Shown one piece after another: positions 48,728-58,400 of a stretch of 64,000 nucleotides of DNA. Below the pieces are notes generated by a model that had not been told where the DNA came from, did no database searches, and saw only the letters and a program-made list of their open reading frames with translations. The number at the start of each line of letters is the position of its first letter. Position 1 is the first letter of the stretch. A program made the translations under genes and the position numbers. The stretch covers positions 21,207 through 85,206 of the forward strand of contig CACWJY010000010.1 of assembly GCA_902761355.1 (NCBI GenBank), in the 5' to 3' direction. The stretch comes from Fibrobacter succinogenes (GTDB lineage Bacteria; Fibrobacterota; Fibrobacteria; Fibrobacterales; Fibrobacteraceae).

Positions 48728-51024
48728 AAGGCGTCCTCCATCATCTTGTGGACCATCGGGAGCATGTCGACCTTGGGGTCAAATTTTTCTTTTTCACGGC
48801 GACATTCCAAAACATCTACCGGAGCAAGCACCTTCACATTTACCTTGTGAATCCCGTAATCAGCACGACGTTCCCACGCAAGGCTCGACCCCTTGATCAC
48901 CAAGGGAATCAAAATAGCATCGTTTTCGCAAGCAAAACGGAACACGCCGCTCTTAAAATTACCAAGCGCACCGGTCTTGCTACGAGTCCCTTCGGGGAAA
49001 ATAAACACACGAACATTCCCTTTTCTTTCGGCAATTGCCTTGCGCACCGCCACGGCGGCGCCGCCTTTTTCACGGTTCACCAGAATGCAGCCAATCTTAT
49101 GCATCCAAAAATGAAGAAACGGAATCTTGCCTAGCGACTGTTTTGCCACAAAGCCTACCGTCTTTTGAATAGCCAAGAACACAATAGGAATATCGGCAAA
49201 AGAGTTATGGTTTCCAACAATAAAGACGGGGCGGCTCCAGTCTACCTTGCCAAGCTGCGCCTGATCTTCTATCGTCAAATCAATACGGAGCATCTTCATG
49301 CAGAATCTCGAGAAATCCTGAATCTTATGGTCCAGCCAAGCCTCGAAATTTTTACCGTAATAGGACTTGGTAAATGGCAGCGTCAATATATACATCAGCA
49401 TATACCCAAGCACCATCACTACTACATAAATTTTAAAAAAGATAACAGGCATAATCGGTTCCGTACTTCGATTCTGAATCTTTGCAAAGGGAACCTCTTT
49501 GTAGTCGCCTTTGGGCAAAAATCTCGAAGCTTTAAACTTTCGCAATTTGCCTTTCCAAAATCTACGCTTGCAATATAACAAAAAGAGACATGCTTCGGCA
49601 CGGGTCACCCCTACGTAATAGAGCCTACGTTCTTCATCTAGCTGTTTTTGGCGAGCTCTGTGATTCCCCGCACATTCTCCGGGCGTAAGTTTTTCGCAAA
49701 GACCCGCATAGTAAACTACCGCATATTGCAGCCCCTTGGAGGCATGGACCGTTTCGACATGTACACCGTCTTCAACAGTCACTTCGGAAGAATCCTCCCC
49801 CGATTCCGTTTCGCCCCCACTTTCAACGGTATCCCCAGCAACAGGTATTTCGTAGTCGCGTAGCGCCTGTTCATAGTAAAGTCGCTGACGGTTATAGCGC
49901 ACCAGAATCGCAAAATTTTTCCACTGGAGGTCATAACCCAGGCGAAGCTCCTTAATAGAAACTATGATTTTTTGAATTTCTTCAACGGGGTTCTCGGAAA
50001 CCCAAATTACCGGTTTGCGGTTTTCTTTATATAGAGGATTGCCACCCGAGCCTTTCAGGTTGCCTGCCCGTAACACCTTGCGCAAGTGAATCGGCTTGTT
50101 TTTAAAAATATCATTGGCTAGGTAGAGTATATTCGGAACCGAACGATAATTCCATTCCAGACGAATCAACGTACTATCCTTAAAGTCTTCACAAAAGCGT
50201 TCGATATTCCCGATATCCGCACCGCGAAAACCATAAATGGCCTGATCGTCATCACCTACAACAAACAGCTGTTTTCTCTCCCCCAGTAAATTTTTAACAA
50301 GCCGATATTGCGACGGGTTGATGTCCTGGTATTCGTCGACCAAAATTTCTTTCCATTGCTCACGAAAATAATCACGAGCAATTTCATTGGTTTCGAGCAA
50401 CTCGATTGCCAAATAGATTAAGTCTTCAAATACAACTTGTCCCGATTCTAGTACCGCCTCGCGAAGCGGCTGCAACTTTGCCGACACCGCAGCACCATAG
50501 CAGTCAGAAAACAAATTCTCGCGCGACACTTTGACCTTCAATTTTAAGTCCGACAGCGAACGTTCAAAATCCCGATCCGAGGATTCCGTCGGCACGGGCA
50601 TCTTCTTAAAGCCAAGGAGTTCGTACGCATAAGGTCCCTGAGCCTGTCGAAGGACCCGCTCACTTCGGCCCTGCTCAGTGAACTTATCTTCAGGTCCTTG
50701 AGCCTGCCGAAGGGCCGGCACCCTGCACTTGAGCATATACAGCGCCAGCGAATGGAACGTACAAAGCCGCACACCCGCATTAGGGAAAAGCTTTTGAACG
50801 CGTTCTCGCATTTCGGCGGCGGCCTTTGCGGTGAAGGTCAGTGCCAAAATCTTTTCAGGTTCTACACCGCAAAGAATCCTGTACTGGATTCGCTTGGTCA
50901 AGACGGATGTCTTGCCCGAGCCGGCCCCCGCCAAAATTAAAAGTTGCGCATTTTTTTCATGGTCGTGCAGCACCGCCGCACGCTGGTCGGAATTTAATCC
51001 CTTAAGGATTTCTTCGGCGTCCAT
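48724..51024 (-). CDS. UvrD/PcrA-like helicase fused to PlsC-like acyltransferase
   Basis: AGAGSGKT, TFHS, DEYQD, GDDDQAIYGFRGA, NYRS, TVHASKGL and EERRLYYVGVTRA, then NHNSFAD and FPEGTRS in one frame. Confidence 0.85.
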   Translation of the reverse strand: MDAEEILKGLNSDQRAAVLHDHEKNAQLLILAGAGSGKTSVLTKRIQYRILCGVEPEKILALTFTAKAAAEMRERVQKLFPNAGVRLCTFHSLALYMLKCRVPALRQAQGPEDKFTEQGRSERVLRQAQGPYAYELLGFKKMPVPTESSDRDFERSLSDLKLKVKVSRENLFSDCYGAAVSAKLQPLREAVLESGQVVFEDLIYLAIELLETNEIARDYFREQWKEILVDEYQDINPSQYRLVKNLLGERKQLFVVGDDDQAIYGFRGADIGNIERFCEDFKDSTLIRLEWNYRSVPNILYLANDIFKNKPIHLRKVLRAGNLKGSGGNPLYKENRKPVIWVSENPVEEIQKIIVSIKELRLGYDLQWKNFAILVRYNRQRLYYEQALRDYEIPVAGDTVESGGETESGEDSSEVTVEDGVHVETVHASKGLQYAVVYYAGLCEKLTPGECAGNHRARQKQLDEERRLYYVGVTRAEACLFLLYCKRRFWKGKLRKFKASRFLPKGDYKEVPFAKIQNRSTEPIMPVIFFKIYVVVMVLGYMLMYILTLPFTKSYYGKNFEAWLDHKIQDFSRFCMKMLRIDLTIEDQAQLGKVDWSRPVFIVGNHNSFADIPIVFLAIQKTVGFVAKQSLGKIPFLHFWMHKIGCILVNREKGGAAVAVRKAIAERKGNVRVFIFPEGTRSKTGALGNFKSGVFRFACENDAILIPLVIKGSSLAWERRADYGIHKVNVKVLAPVDVLECRREKEKFDPKVDMLPMVHKMMEDAL
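50632..50713. repeat. REP-like array (direct-inverted-direct) inside the helicase CDS
   Basis: aggtccctgagcctgtcgaagg (50632) and aggtccttgagcctgccgaagg (50692), with a degenerate inverted copy between them. Confidence 0.85.
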
Positions 51025-51086
51025 AACGCCTCGTATGGTAAAAGGTACAGCATTCGCTGCACCGCAATTACAGAGTCACCGTCGCC

Positions 51087-52094
51087 TTACGCCTTAGAGG
51101 CTGCAACGTTACCGGATTTAGAGGAATTCCCGCCCAGCAAAAAGACAAGAGCTCCAAACAAACTCAGCGCAAGGCTCACAAAGTAGGCCAGCAACTGAAT
51201 GACGACCGATTCTAGCCCCGGCACACCCGCACGAGCAAACAGCGATTGCGCCAAAAGTTCCCTCGGTCCAAAACCACCAATTGATATCGGGAGAGCACTC
51301 ACAATAGCAACCAGCGGAATGTAATAGAAGTACCACGAAATCGAAAGGTCCACTCCGACCGCGATTCCACAAAAGTAATGCACCAGTATGCGGAGCGCCT
51401 GCGTCACTGCAGAAAGCCCACTAATAGAGGCCCACAGTTTTACGGAACGAAAATGCTGAAAGCGTTCGAACATGTGTATCAGGCGTTCGTTGATTTTTTT
51501 CGGAAACACCTTCGCCATTATCGTACACAAGAGCTTTCCGAGCCTACGGCTGCAAAGAGCTGCAAACAGAGCACAAAAGCCAAAGAAAATCCACACCGAA
51601 GGCCACATGAACGAACGTTGCGCCTCGTCGTGCATAAAGAACAAGAGACCCACCGCCAAAGCAAAAAGCGTAATAAAGAAAAGTCCAAACAGTCGATCAA
51701 AAAAAGTCGCCGTAAGCCCCGCACCCACCGTATCTTGCCCCCCCTGCATACGGATGTCGTAAACCTTCTTGGCATCTCCACCGACATTGCCGGGCATAAA
51801 GTTGTTGAAGAACAAGCCCACATAATAGAGTTTGAGCAAATGTCCGTAACCCAGTTTTACGTTCTGCTTTTCAAGTAACAGTTTCCACTGCAGGCATGCC
51901 GTAAAGTTTGAAAGGCCAAGACACAAGAGCGCCACAAACAAAGGCCAAACGCTATGAGTACTGAACAGTCGATAAAGATCATCAACGCTCCAGTCCGGCG
52001 CCATCACAATATTTCGATACACAAAGTAAGCAGGGACTGCCGTCACCACCAGCTTCAGCAAAAAAATCAAAATAGACTTAAAGCGCGCATTCAT
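51087..52094 (-). CDS. Lysylphosphatidylglycerol-synthase TM / flippase-like membrane protein
   Basis: GLFFNNFMPGNVGGD, DRLFGL and LPISIGGFGPRE motifs. Confidence 0.85.
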   Translation of the reverse strand: MNARFKSILIFLLKLVVTAVPAYFVYRNIVMAPDWSVDDLYRLFSTHSVWPLFVALLCLGLSNFTACLQWKLLLEKQNVKLGYGHLLKLYYVGLFFNNFMPGNVGGDAKKVYDIRMQGGQDTVGAGLTATFFDRLFGLFFITLFALAVGLLFFMHDEAQRSFMWPSVWIFFGFCALFAALCSRRLGKLLCTIMAKVFPKKINERLIHMFERFQHFRSVKLWASISGLSAVTQALRILVHYFCGIAVGVDLSISWYFYYIPLVAIVSALPISIGGFGPRELLAQSLFARAGVPGLESVVIQLLAYFVSLALSLFGALVFLLGGNSSKSGNVAASKA

Positions 52095-52095
52095 C

Positions 52096-53262
52096 TTATT
52101 CTTCCCCAACCTTATGCTGAATCACAGCATCCTGCAAAAGTTCCATAGTCTTTTCGGCGGCAATATCCCAGCGGAATTCTCCGGCATAACTTTTGGCCGC
52201 AGCCGAAAGCCTGGTTCGCAAGTCGTCATCGCTATAGAGCCTGTCCATTTCCATGGCGCAGGTATGAAAATCCCCCACCGGGAACAGGAGCCCGGTCTCT
52301 CCATTACGCACGCTATCACGAAGTCCAGGGACATCGCTCGCAATGGTTGTCGTTCCTAACTTGGCGGCCTCCACCACCGTAAGCCCCCAGCCTTCTTTAA
52401 AGCTGGTCTGTAAAAGCGCAACCGCATTTTGCAACAGTTTACGTTTTCTAGAAGACGAGACAAACCCCAGAAGTTCAACACGCTCCGTAAGCCCGCGTTC
52501 TTTGAGCCACGCCGGAATCTTTTTAAGGAGCGGACCGTCACCAGCCACCACAAGCTTCACGTCGGGGTGGTTTTCGGCAAATTCTTCGAACGCCTGGAGC
52601 GCCGTCCAAATACCCTTGTAACGGTGCACACGCGAAAGCCACAAGAAATACGGCGTCGCAGGAACTTCTTCGTTTTCCACAACCTGCGACGGATCCACAT
52701 CATCTGATCCAGGCTCCATTTGTATCGGGTCTACGTCATCGGAGCCGTTATAAATCACCGAGATGCGGTCTTCGGCAATTCCAATTTCTTCAAGCTCGTA
52801 CTTGGTGCTCGGGCTCACCACCACAAAGGGTTGCTTACGGTAGAACCACGGAATAATCCGTTCAAATGCCCATACCATAAAGGCAATCGGGAACGCCGCC
52901 TCATGAAAAATCGAGTTACGCCACAAATGGTGCATCTGAACCACCACAGGTTTCTTGATCAAGAACGGCGTAAACAGAGGTAGCTTGTTCAAGTCCTCGA
53001 CCACCACATCAAAATTGAACTCGCGATCCAGCTTGCGGATATTCATCGCTGTCGTCAACTGAAACAGCAAATCACCACCTTTGCGGATGACCTCAATTCC
53101 ATCGACCGTCTCGCGCGCCTTGCAGCCAGCAAACGCAGTCGTAAGGAGCACAACCTTGTGCCCCGCTTCTACAATCTGCGAGAAAATACGGTGAAGGTGT
53201 TTTTCAGCGCCCCCAGCGGCAGGGTGAAGGCGGTCGCGGTAATTGACAACAAGGATGTTCAT
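52096..53262 (-). CDS. Glycosyltransferase family 4
   Basis: HPAAGGAE, VSPST, YKG, EGWGLTVVEAA and SDVPGLRDSV motifs. Confidence 0.92.
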   Translation of the reverse strand: MNILVVNYRDRLHPAAGGAEKHLHRIFSQIVEAGHKVVLLTTAFAGCKARETVDGIEVIRKGGDLLFQLTTAMNIRKLDREFNFDVVVEDLNKLPLFTPFLIKKPVVVQMHHLWRNSIFHEAAFPIAFMVWAFERIIPWFYRKQPFVVVSPSTKYELEEIGIAEDRISVIYNGSDDVDPIQMEPGSDDVDPSQVVENEEVPATPYFLWLSRVHRYKGIWTALQAFEEFAENHPDVKLVVAGDGPLLKKIPAWLKERGLTERVELLGFVSSSRKRKLLQNAVALLQTSFKEGWGLTVVEAAKLGTTTIASDVPGLRDSVRNGETGLLFPVGDFHTCAMEMDRLYSDDDLRTRLSAAAKSYAGEFRWDIAAEKTMELLQDAVIQHKVGEE

Positions 53263-53265
53263 CGG

Positions 53266-54045
53266 CTAGGGCTTCTTGCCCAAGACTCCAATGCACAACT
53301 GCGTGTAGTGCATAAGCGAATTGTTTTCGAGAGCATCCAGAATTGCATCCTTAATTTTCTGGTAAGCCGTACCCTGCAGCGGATACTTCGGGAGTTCGAC
53401 ACCCACCTTGAAGCCCACTTCACGCAAAATACGATAGAACAGATTAGGACGCATCCAGTCTCCATAATCGTAAACGCATTCAAAGCCTGCATCGGTCATG
53501 AGCTTTTTGAGCTGCGGCATAGTAAACTGCTTTTCCCAACCAGCAAACCACTTATCCATTGCAATCAAGATATGCTTGATGACGGTGTACGGATGAACGG
53601 TCTGCGGTACATCGCACAGGCAATGACCACCATGTTTTAAGATACGGTAATTTTCCTTAATGAGCGGGAGCGAATCTTTAAAATGCTCAGCCAAGCCCTG
53701 ATGAAAAACTAAGTCAAAAGTGCAATCGGGGAACGGCGCCTTGAACGCATCGCCACGCACGAGCTTTAGATTATCGTAAAGGTTATCCTTAGCACGAATC
53801 GCGTCCACGATTTTTAAACTATTTTCAGCATAATCGAGCACGTAGACATCGGCGCCCAAGCGAGCCAGTTCGGCACTGTCACGACCCGTACCGGCACCGA
53901 CCTCCAAAACCTTGAGGCCATCGAGCTTAAAATTCTTCTTAATCGTATTCAACACAGACGGGGACGAAGGATACACCTTGTCCATATCGTTCTTCTGTTG
54001 CCAAAATCTGTTCCAGACAGACTGATCAGGTTCTTTAATAGACAT
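53266..54045 (-). CDS. Class I SAM-dependent methyltransferase
   Basis: VLEVGAGTG, FDLVFHQGLAEHF and RILKHGG motifs. Start placed at MSIKE (54045). Confidence 0.88.
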   Translation of the reverse strand: MSIKEPDQSVWNRFWQQKNDMDKVYPSSPSVLNTIKKNFKLDGLKVLEVGAGTGRDSAELARLGADVYVLDYAENSLKIVDAIRAKDNLYDNLKLVRGDAFKAPFPDCTFDLVFHQGLAEHFKDSLPLIKENYRILKHGGHCLCDVPQTVHPYTVIKHILIAMDKWFAGWEKQFTMPQLKKLMTDAGFECVYDYGDWMRPNLFYRILREVGFKVGVELPKYPLQGTAYQKIKDAILDALENNSLMHYTQLCIGVLGKKP

Positions 54046-54202
54046 AGCGTGTAAAATATACGAAATTTTATACAAATTTTTTGAAAAAGTGGAAAGCACC
54101 ATCTCCAAATACGGCCTCGAGGGGATCAGCCCCCAAAACCCTAAATTTTTCATGGGCACGAACACGTTTTATCCGCAGAGATTTCCTACGAAGCCTTCTT
54201 TA

Positions 54203-54290
54203 GTCACAAATTCATGACAATAATTGAAAATTTTAGACAATTTTTGTATATTTAGAGACAAGTTTCACAAAACCGTGACAATTTCCACTA
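54203..54290. promoter_or_regulatory. Helically phased (G/C)ACAA box array upstream of the sigma factor
   Basis: GACAA at 54216, 54236, 54257 and 54277; two TCAC-N6-RTGA units. Confidence 0.45.
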
Positions 54291-54375
54291 AAATTGATAC
54301 ACTTTGCATTTTTTTTACACTATTGGCACGCATCTTGCTATAAAAAAAGCGATATTATAGGAGTAAGGGTTTAAA

Positions 54376-55188
54376 ATGCATATTGATTCTACTGATACCA
54401 CACTTAAAAGATACCTAGAAGACATTCGTCGTACAGCTCCCCTCTCCCGTGAAGAAGAACAGATTCTTTTCCAGAAAGCGAAGGAAGGCGATAAAATCGC
54501 CCGCAAAAAGCTGATTTCTGCAAACATGCGTTTCGTTTTGAAGGTCGCCATCCAGTACCGCGGCTGCCCGATTCCGCTGCCGGACTTGGTGAGCGAAGGC
54601 GCCATGGGTCTTGTTCGCGCTATTGAATCTTTCGAACACACTCGTGGTCTTAAGTTCATTAGTTACGGCGTTTGGTGGATTAAGGCTTATATCACCCGCG
54701 CCATCAACGAACAGGGCAACCTGATTCGCTTGCCGGCCAACCAGCACCTCCGCGTGCGCAAGGCCTTGCACGAACAGAGCCGCGGTAAAGAAATCAACGA
54801 AGAAATCCGCGAACTGATTCAGATTGGCCAGCGCGGCGTTTCTTTCGATAGCCCCCTCAAGGCAGACTCCAAAGCAACGTACGCAGAAGTGCTCCCCGAC
54901 GGAACCGCCTCGAACCCGGAAAACGAGTCCGAAATCCAGAGTGTCGAAGCATTGGCTCGCGACCTTATGGAACAGCTCCCGGAACGCGAAGCCAAGGTGA
55001 TTACCGGAATTTTCGGCATCAACCAAGAAGCTCCGCAGACACTCCGCGAAGTGGGCGAATCCATGAACATTTCTCATGAACGTGTCCGTCAGTTGCGCGA
55101 CCAGGCTCTCCGCCGCATCCGTAAGTACAACAGCAAGGAATTCTTGCAGGACAAGAAGGACGCCTTTTTGGCAGCCATTAATAAGTAG
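54376..55188 (+). CDS. Sigma-70 family factor, short RpoD/RpoS-like (no region 1.1)
   Basis: YLEDI..PLSREEE, ANMRFVLKVA, DLVSEG..GL, KFISYGVWWI and TLREVG..SHERVRQ motifs. Confidence 0.93.
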   Translation: MHIDSTDTTLKRYLEDIRRTAPLSREEEQILFQKAKEGDKIARKKLISANMRFVLKVAIQYRGCPIPLPDLVSEGAMGLVRAIESFEHTRGLKFISYGVWWIKAYITRAINEQGNLIRLPANQHLRVRKALHEQSRGKEINEEIRELIQIGQRGVSFDSPLKADSKATYAEVLPDGTASNPENESEIQSVEALARDLMEQLPEREAKVITGIFGINQEAPQTLREVGESMNISHERVRQLRDQALRRIRKYNSKEFLQDKKDAFLAAINK

Positions 55189-55277
55189 CGAGCCGAGCGT
55201 CGCGCGCAAACCAAAGACTTGCGCATGACCGAGGCGAAGCACTTATGGATGCAAAGCATCAATAAGTAATGGCTGCC
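55170..55277. repeat. Structured element at the sigma gene 3' end containing inverted and direct copies of the gene end
   Basis: ggcagccatta (55170) / taatggctgcc (55267); ataagt (55181, 55262) / acttat (55241); internal gcgcaa/ttgcgc hairpin. Confidence 0.7.
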
Positions 55278-55369
55278 CTAGACGCATGGGGTTCCGCCCC
55301 CTGGACCCCTTTCCCACATGCTGACTAAAATCAACAAATAAGGTTCACTTCGTTTCACCCCATAATTCA

Positions 55370-55433
55370 CCCCAGTTTAACAACTGGGGCATTTTTTATT
55401 AGAAAAGCCCGGCTGAAAGCCGGGCTTCTTTTT
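55370..55433. terminator. Two terminator hairpins between convergent genes
   Basis: ccccagtt-taac-aactgggg followed by a T run, and aagcccggc-tgaaa-gccgggctt. Confidence 0.85.
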
Positions 55434-55461
55434 ATGTTAAGCTTTTCGCAAAACGTAGCCG

Positions 55462-58400
55462 CTACTTTTTATGTTTCTTACGGCGAACGCCCCACTTGTC
55501 CTTAATCTCTTCTACGATTTTCTTGTCTTCGTAGCGCACGACCATCTTGAACTGAACGTTATACACGCCCGTTCCGACGAAGCGGCCCTTATGGTCCTTG
55601 AAGTTCCAGTTCACAAAGACCTTCTTATCAGTATCCAAGCAGTTGCCGCCAAACTTGTGGCTCTTACAAGGCACCGTGATCGTCGTATCGTTCACATACT
55701 GTCCCAGGTTGTCGAAGTAGTTCACGATAAAGGAGATGTAGACATCTTCGGGCTTGATAGAGTCGAGCGCGTTCGGATCATAGGAACCATCGGCAGACAC
55801 CTGGGCCGCATCCAAAAGCTGCGGAATAAAGCGTTCACCCAGTTGCACCAACTGTCCTAGTGCACCTTCCCTTTCCATATCTTCCTTAGTTGTTGTACCA
55901 GGCACATAGCGCAGGTTCACGGAACTTACCGTCTGGAGTGTATAGGTCTTGTTGTCGTCTTCGTCCACAATGCGATCATCATTAATATCGAAGCTCCCCA
56001 TATTGGTTCCTTCGACCAAGTGGTTCAGCAAGCCACCAATAACGACCGCCTGCGGCTTTTCGCCGACCTTATTTCCATAGTTATCCTTGAGCCAGTCCTT
56101 AGAGCCCTTATGCACCACAAGGGAGTCGCCCGGCATAATCGTGCCATGGTCACCGTTAAAGACCAGCTTTGCGGTAAGACCGTCAGCAGACCAATCGATA
56201 CGCGACGGATACAGGTCTATCTTATCTTTACCGTGGATGTAAGAGAAGTAGTCACTGCCCTGAAGGCCCTTGGTCTGGATCGGTTCAGAGAATGCCACCA
56301 ACAACGTATCAGCCTTTTTGCCATAACTGAGCGTAGCCGAGGCAACCACCGGAGGCATCTTGTCGACCAGCGGAGCCGATTCTTCGTTCACGAAGGTTTC
56401 TCCAAAGATATGGTAGTACGTATAAACGTTTGCTTCTGGCAATTTTTCGCTGATGCTCGTGACACCCTTGGCAAGTTCAGTCGGCGAGAACACTTCCCAA
56501 ATAACTCTGGTCGAATCATCGGGATCGATTTTCAGAGCCTCAGGCTGAGCCTGCAACTGAATCAACATTCCACGATAACTGTACCAGGGGAAAGACAGAT
56601 ACAAGCTACCGTCGATATCAGCCTCGGTAAGCTTACGGTCGAATACAGTGACAATCCTATCCAAGACTCCATCACCATCCGTATCCCAATATTCCACGTT
56701 CTTGCTCGTGGGGAAACGGTCCGTTACACGAACCGGGACCTGCCTATCATATTCATCCGAAGTAATGTAAGGCAAGCTGTCGAAGGTGACATTCGGATAC
56801 AGAGAAACGCTATCCTTGTCTTCTCCCTGAAGTTTGTAATTCGTGCCTGCAAGAATCACGATGTTCTGCGTCGGCATGTAAACTTTCTTGATTTGGTCCA
56901 AATCAAAGCCGTAAGGTTCAGCAGCCTGTTTGAGCCGCACCAGCATTTCGGGCGATTCCAAATCGGCCGGAATCAAGTCGATATTAAACAACAGGAATAG
57001 GGAATCAAGGCCCTTGTCCTTAGAATCCTTGGATGCCTTAACATGTCGAATCGCATAAGCTTCTTTAATGATGCTGCTGCCCATCTCGACAATCGGAACT
57101 TCGCGCACATAAGTTGCGCCAAAGCCATCGACATAGGTAATCAGAGCTTTTGCATCCCTCGGGAATTTACCAATCGACGGAAGAGTCAAGTATTCCGAGA
57201 GTTTCTCTACAATAATACGGTCACGGTTCTTATTCAGCTTAGGATTGACGCAATCAAGCGGCTTACCATTCACAATAAGCTGAACATCCTTAATATCGTA
57301 GGCTCTAGACAAAGTATCGTCAAGAGGAATTTCTACATAATCCAAGGCCAAGTCGCCATCGGTATCCTTGATATAGCCCTTATTGCTATCGGGAATCGGG
57401 TCATAGAAATTAATGTTATCGATAATGACCATGCGACCTCCACCAACGACCTTGATTGAGCCACCCTCAACCACCTGGTCTGCCGTCACGTAAATCGTGA
57501 CACTGCCATCGGCATTGATCACAAGCATATCGGTCTTGTTGCCGGCAGAATCCAGCAACAGGATATCACCATTAGACTTAACCTTGATCGAATCAGGATT
57601 GCTGAAGTATTCCTTGACCTTTTCAGGATCAAGCGTAATCGCAATCACCTCTCCTACCTTGGCCGAATCCTTACCAGAGTTGTAGCGCAAATCGAGCGAT
57701 TCACCCTTAGGATTATTCGTCAATTCATAACCACTACCATTAATTTCGACCATATTCGGATTATTCGGATCAATCGGCTTCGGATTAACCTTCACGACAC
57801 CGGCCACAAGGGAATCACCCTTTTCAAAGGCTTCAACAGACGGATAGCTATCAAAGTCAGATTCATCCGGTTCTTCGTAATCATCGGCACCGAAATAGAC
57901 CCTAGACGAGCTGGAACGTTCTTCTTCGTCATCACCAGAGCCAATAGCCCTACTCGACGAAGAGTTCTCGCTCTCATCATCACCACTACCCGTGCGGCTA
58001 GAAGAGGAACCATTTTCATTACCGCTAGAATTGTTACCGCCATTGCCGCCGCTAGAGCTGGAGCCTACGCTTCCTGAGCTATGGCCGCCATTGCTGCCAC
58101 TGCTGTTGCCCTGACTATCGGAACTGCCACCGTTGCTGCCACTGCTGCTATTGCCTTGACTATCGGAACTGTTACCGTTGCTACCGCTGCTATTACCCTG
58201 GCTATCAGAGCTACCGCCATTGCTACCGCTGCTATTGCCCTGACTATCGGAGCTGCCGCCGTTGCTGCCGCTGCTGTTGCCTTGGCTATCAGAGCTGTTA
58301 CCGTTACTACCGCTAGAATTCAGGCCGCTGCTAGAACTGCCACTATTACCGGTACTACTGGAACTCGACTTGACACTGCTCGAAGATTCATGATATTCCA

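Noticed and set aside
58084-58320. CRISPR-like periodic repeat
   Set aside because: It is a contiguous in-frame coding repeat with no unique spacers.
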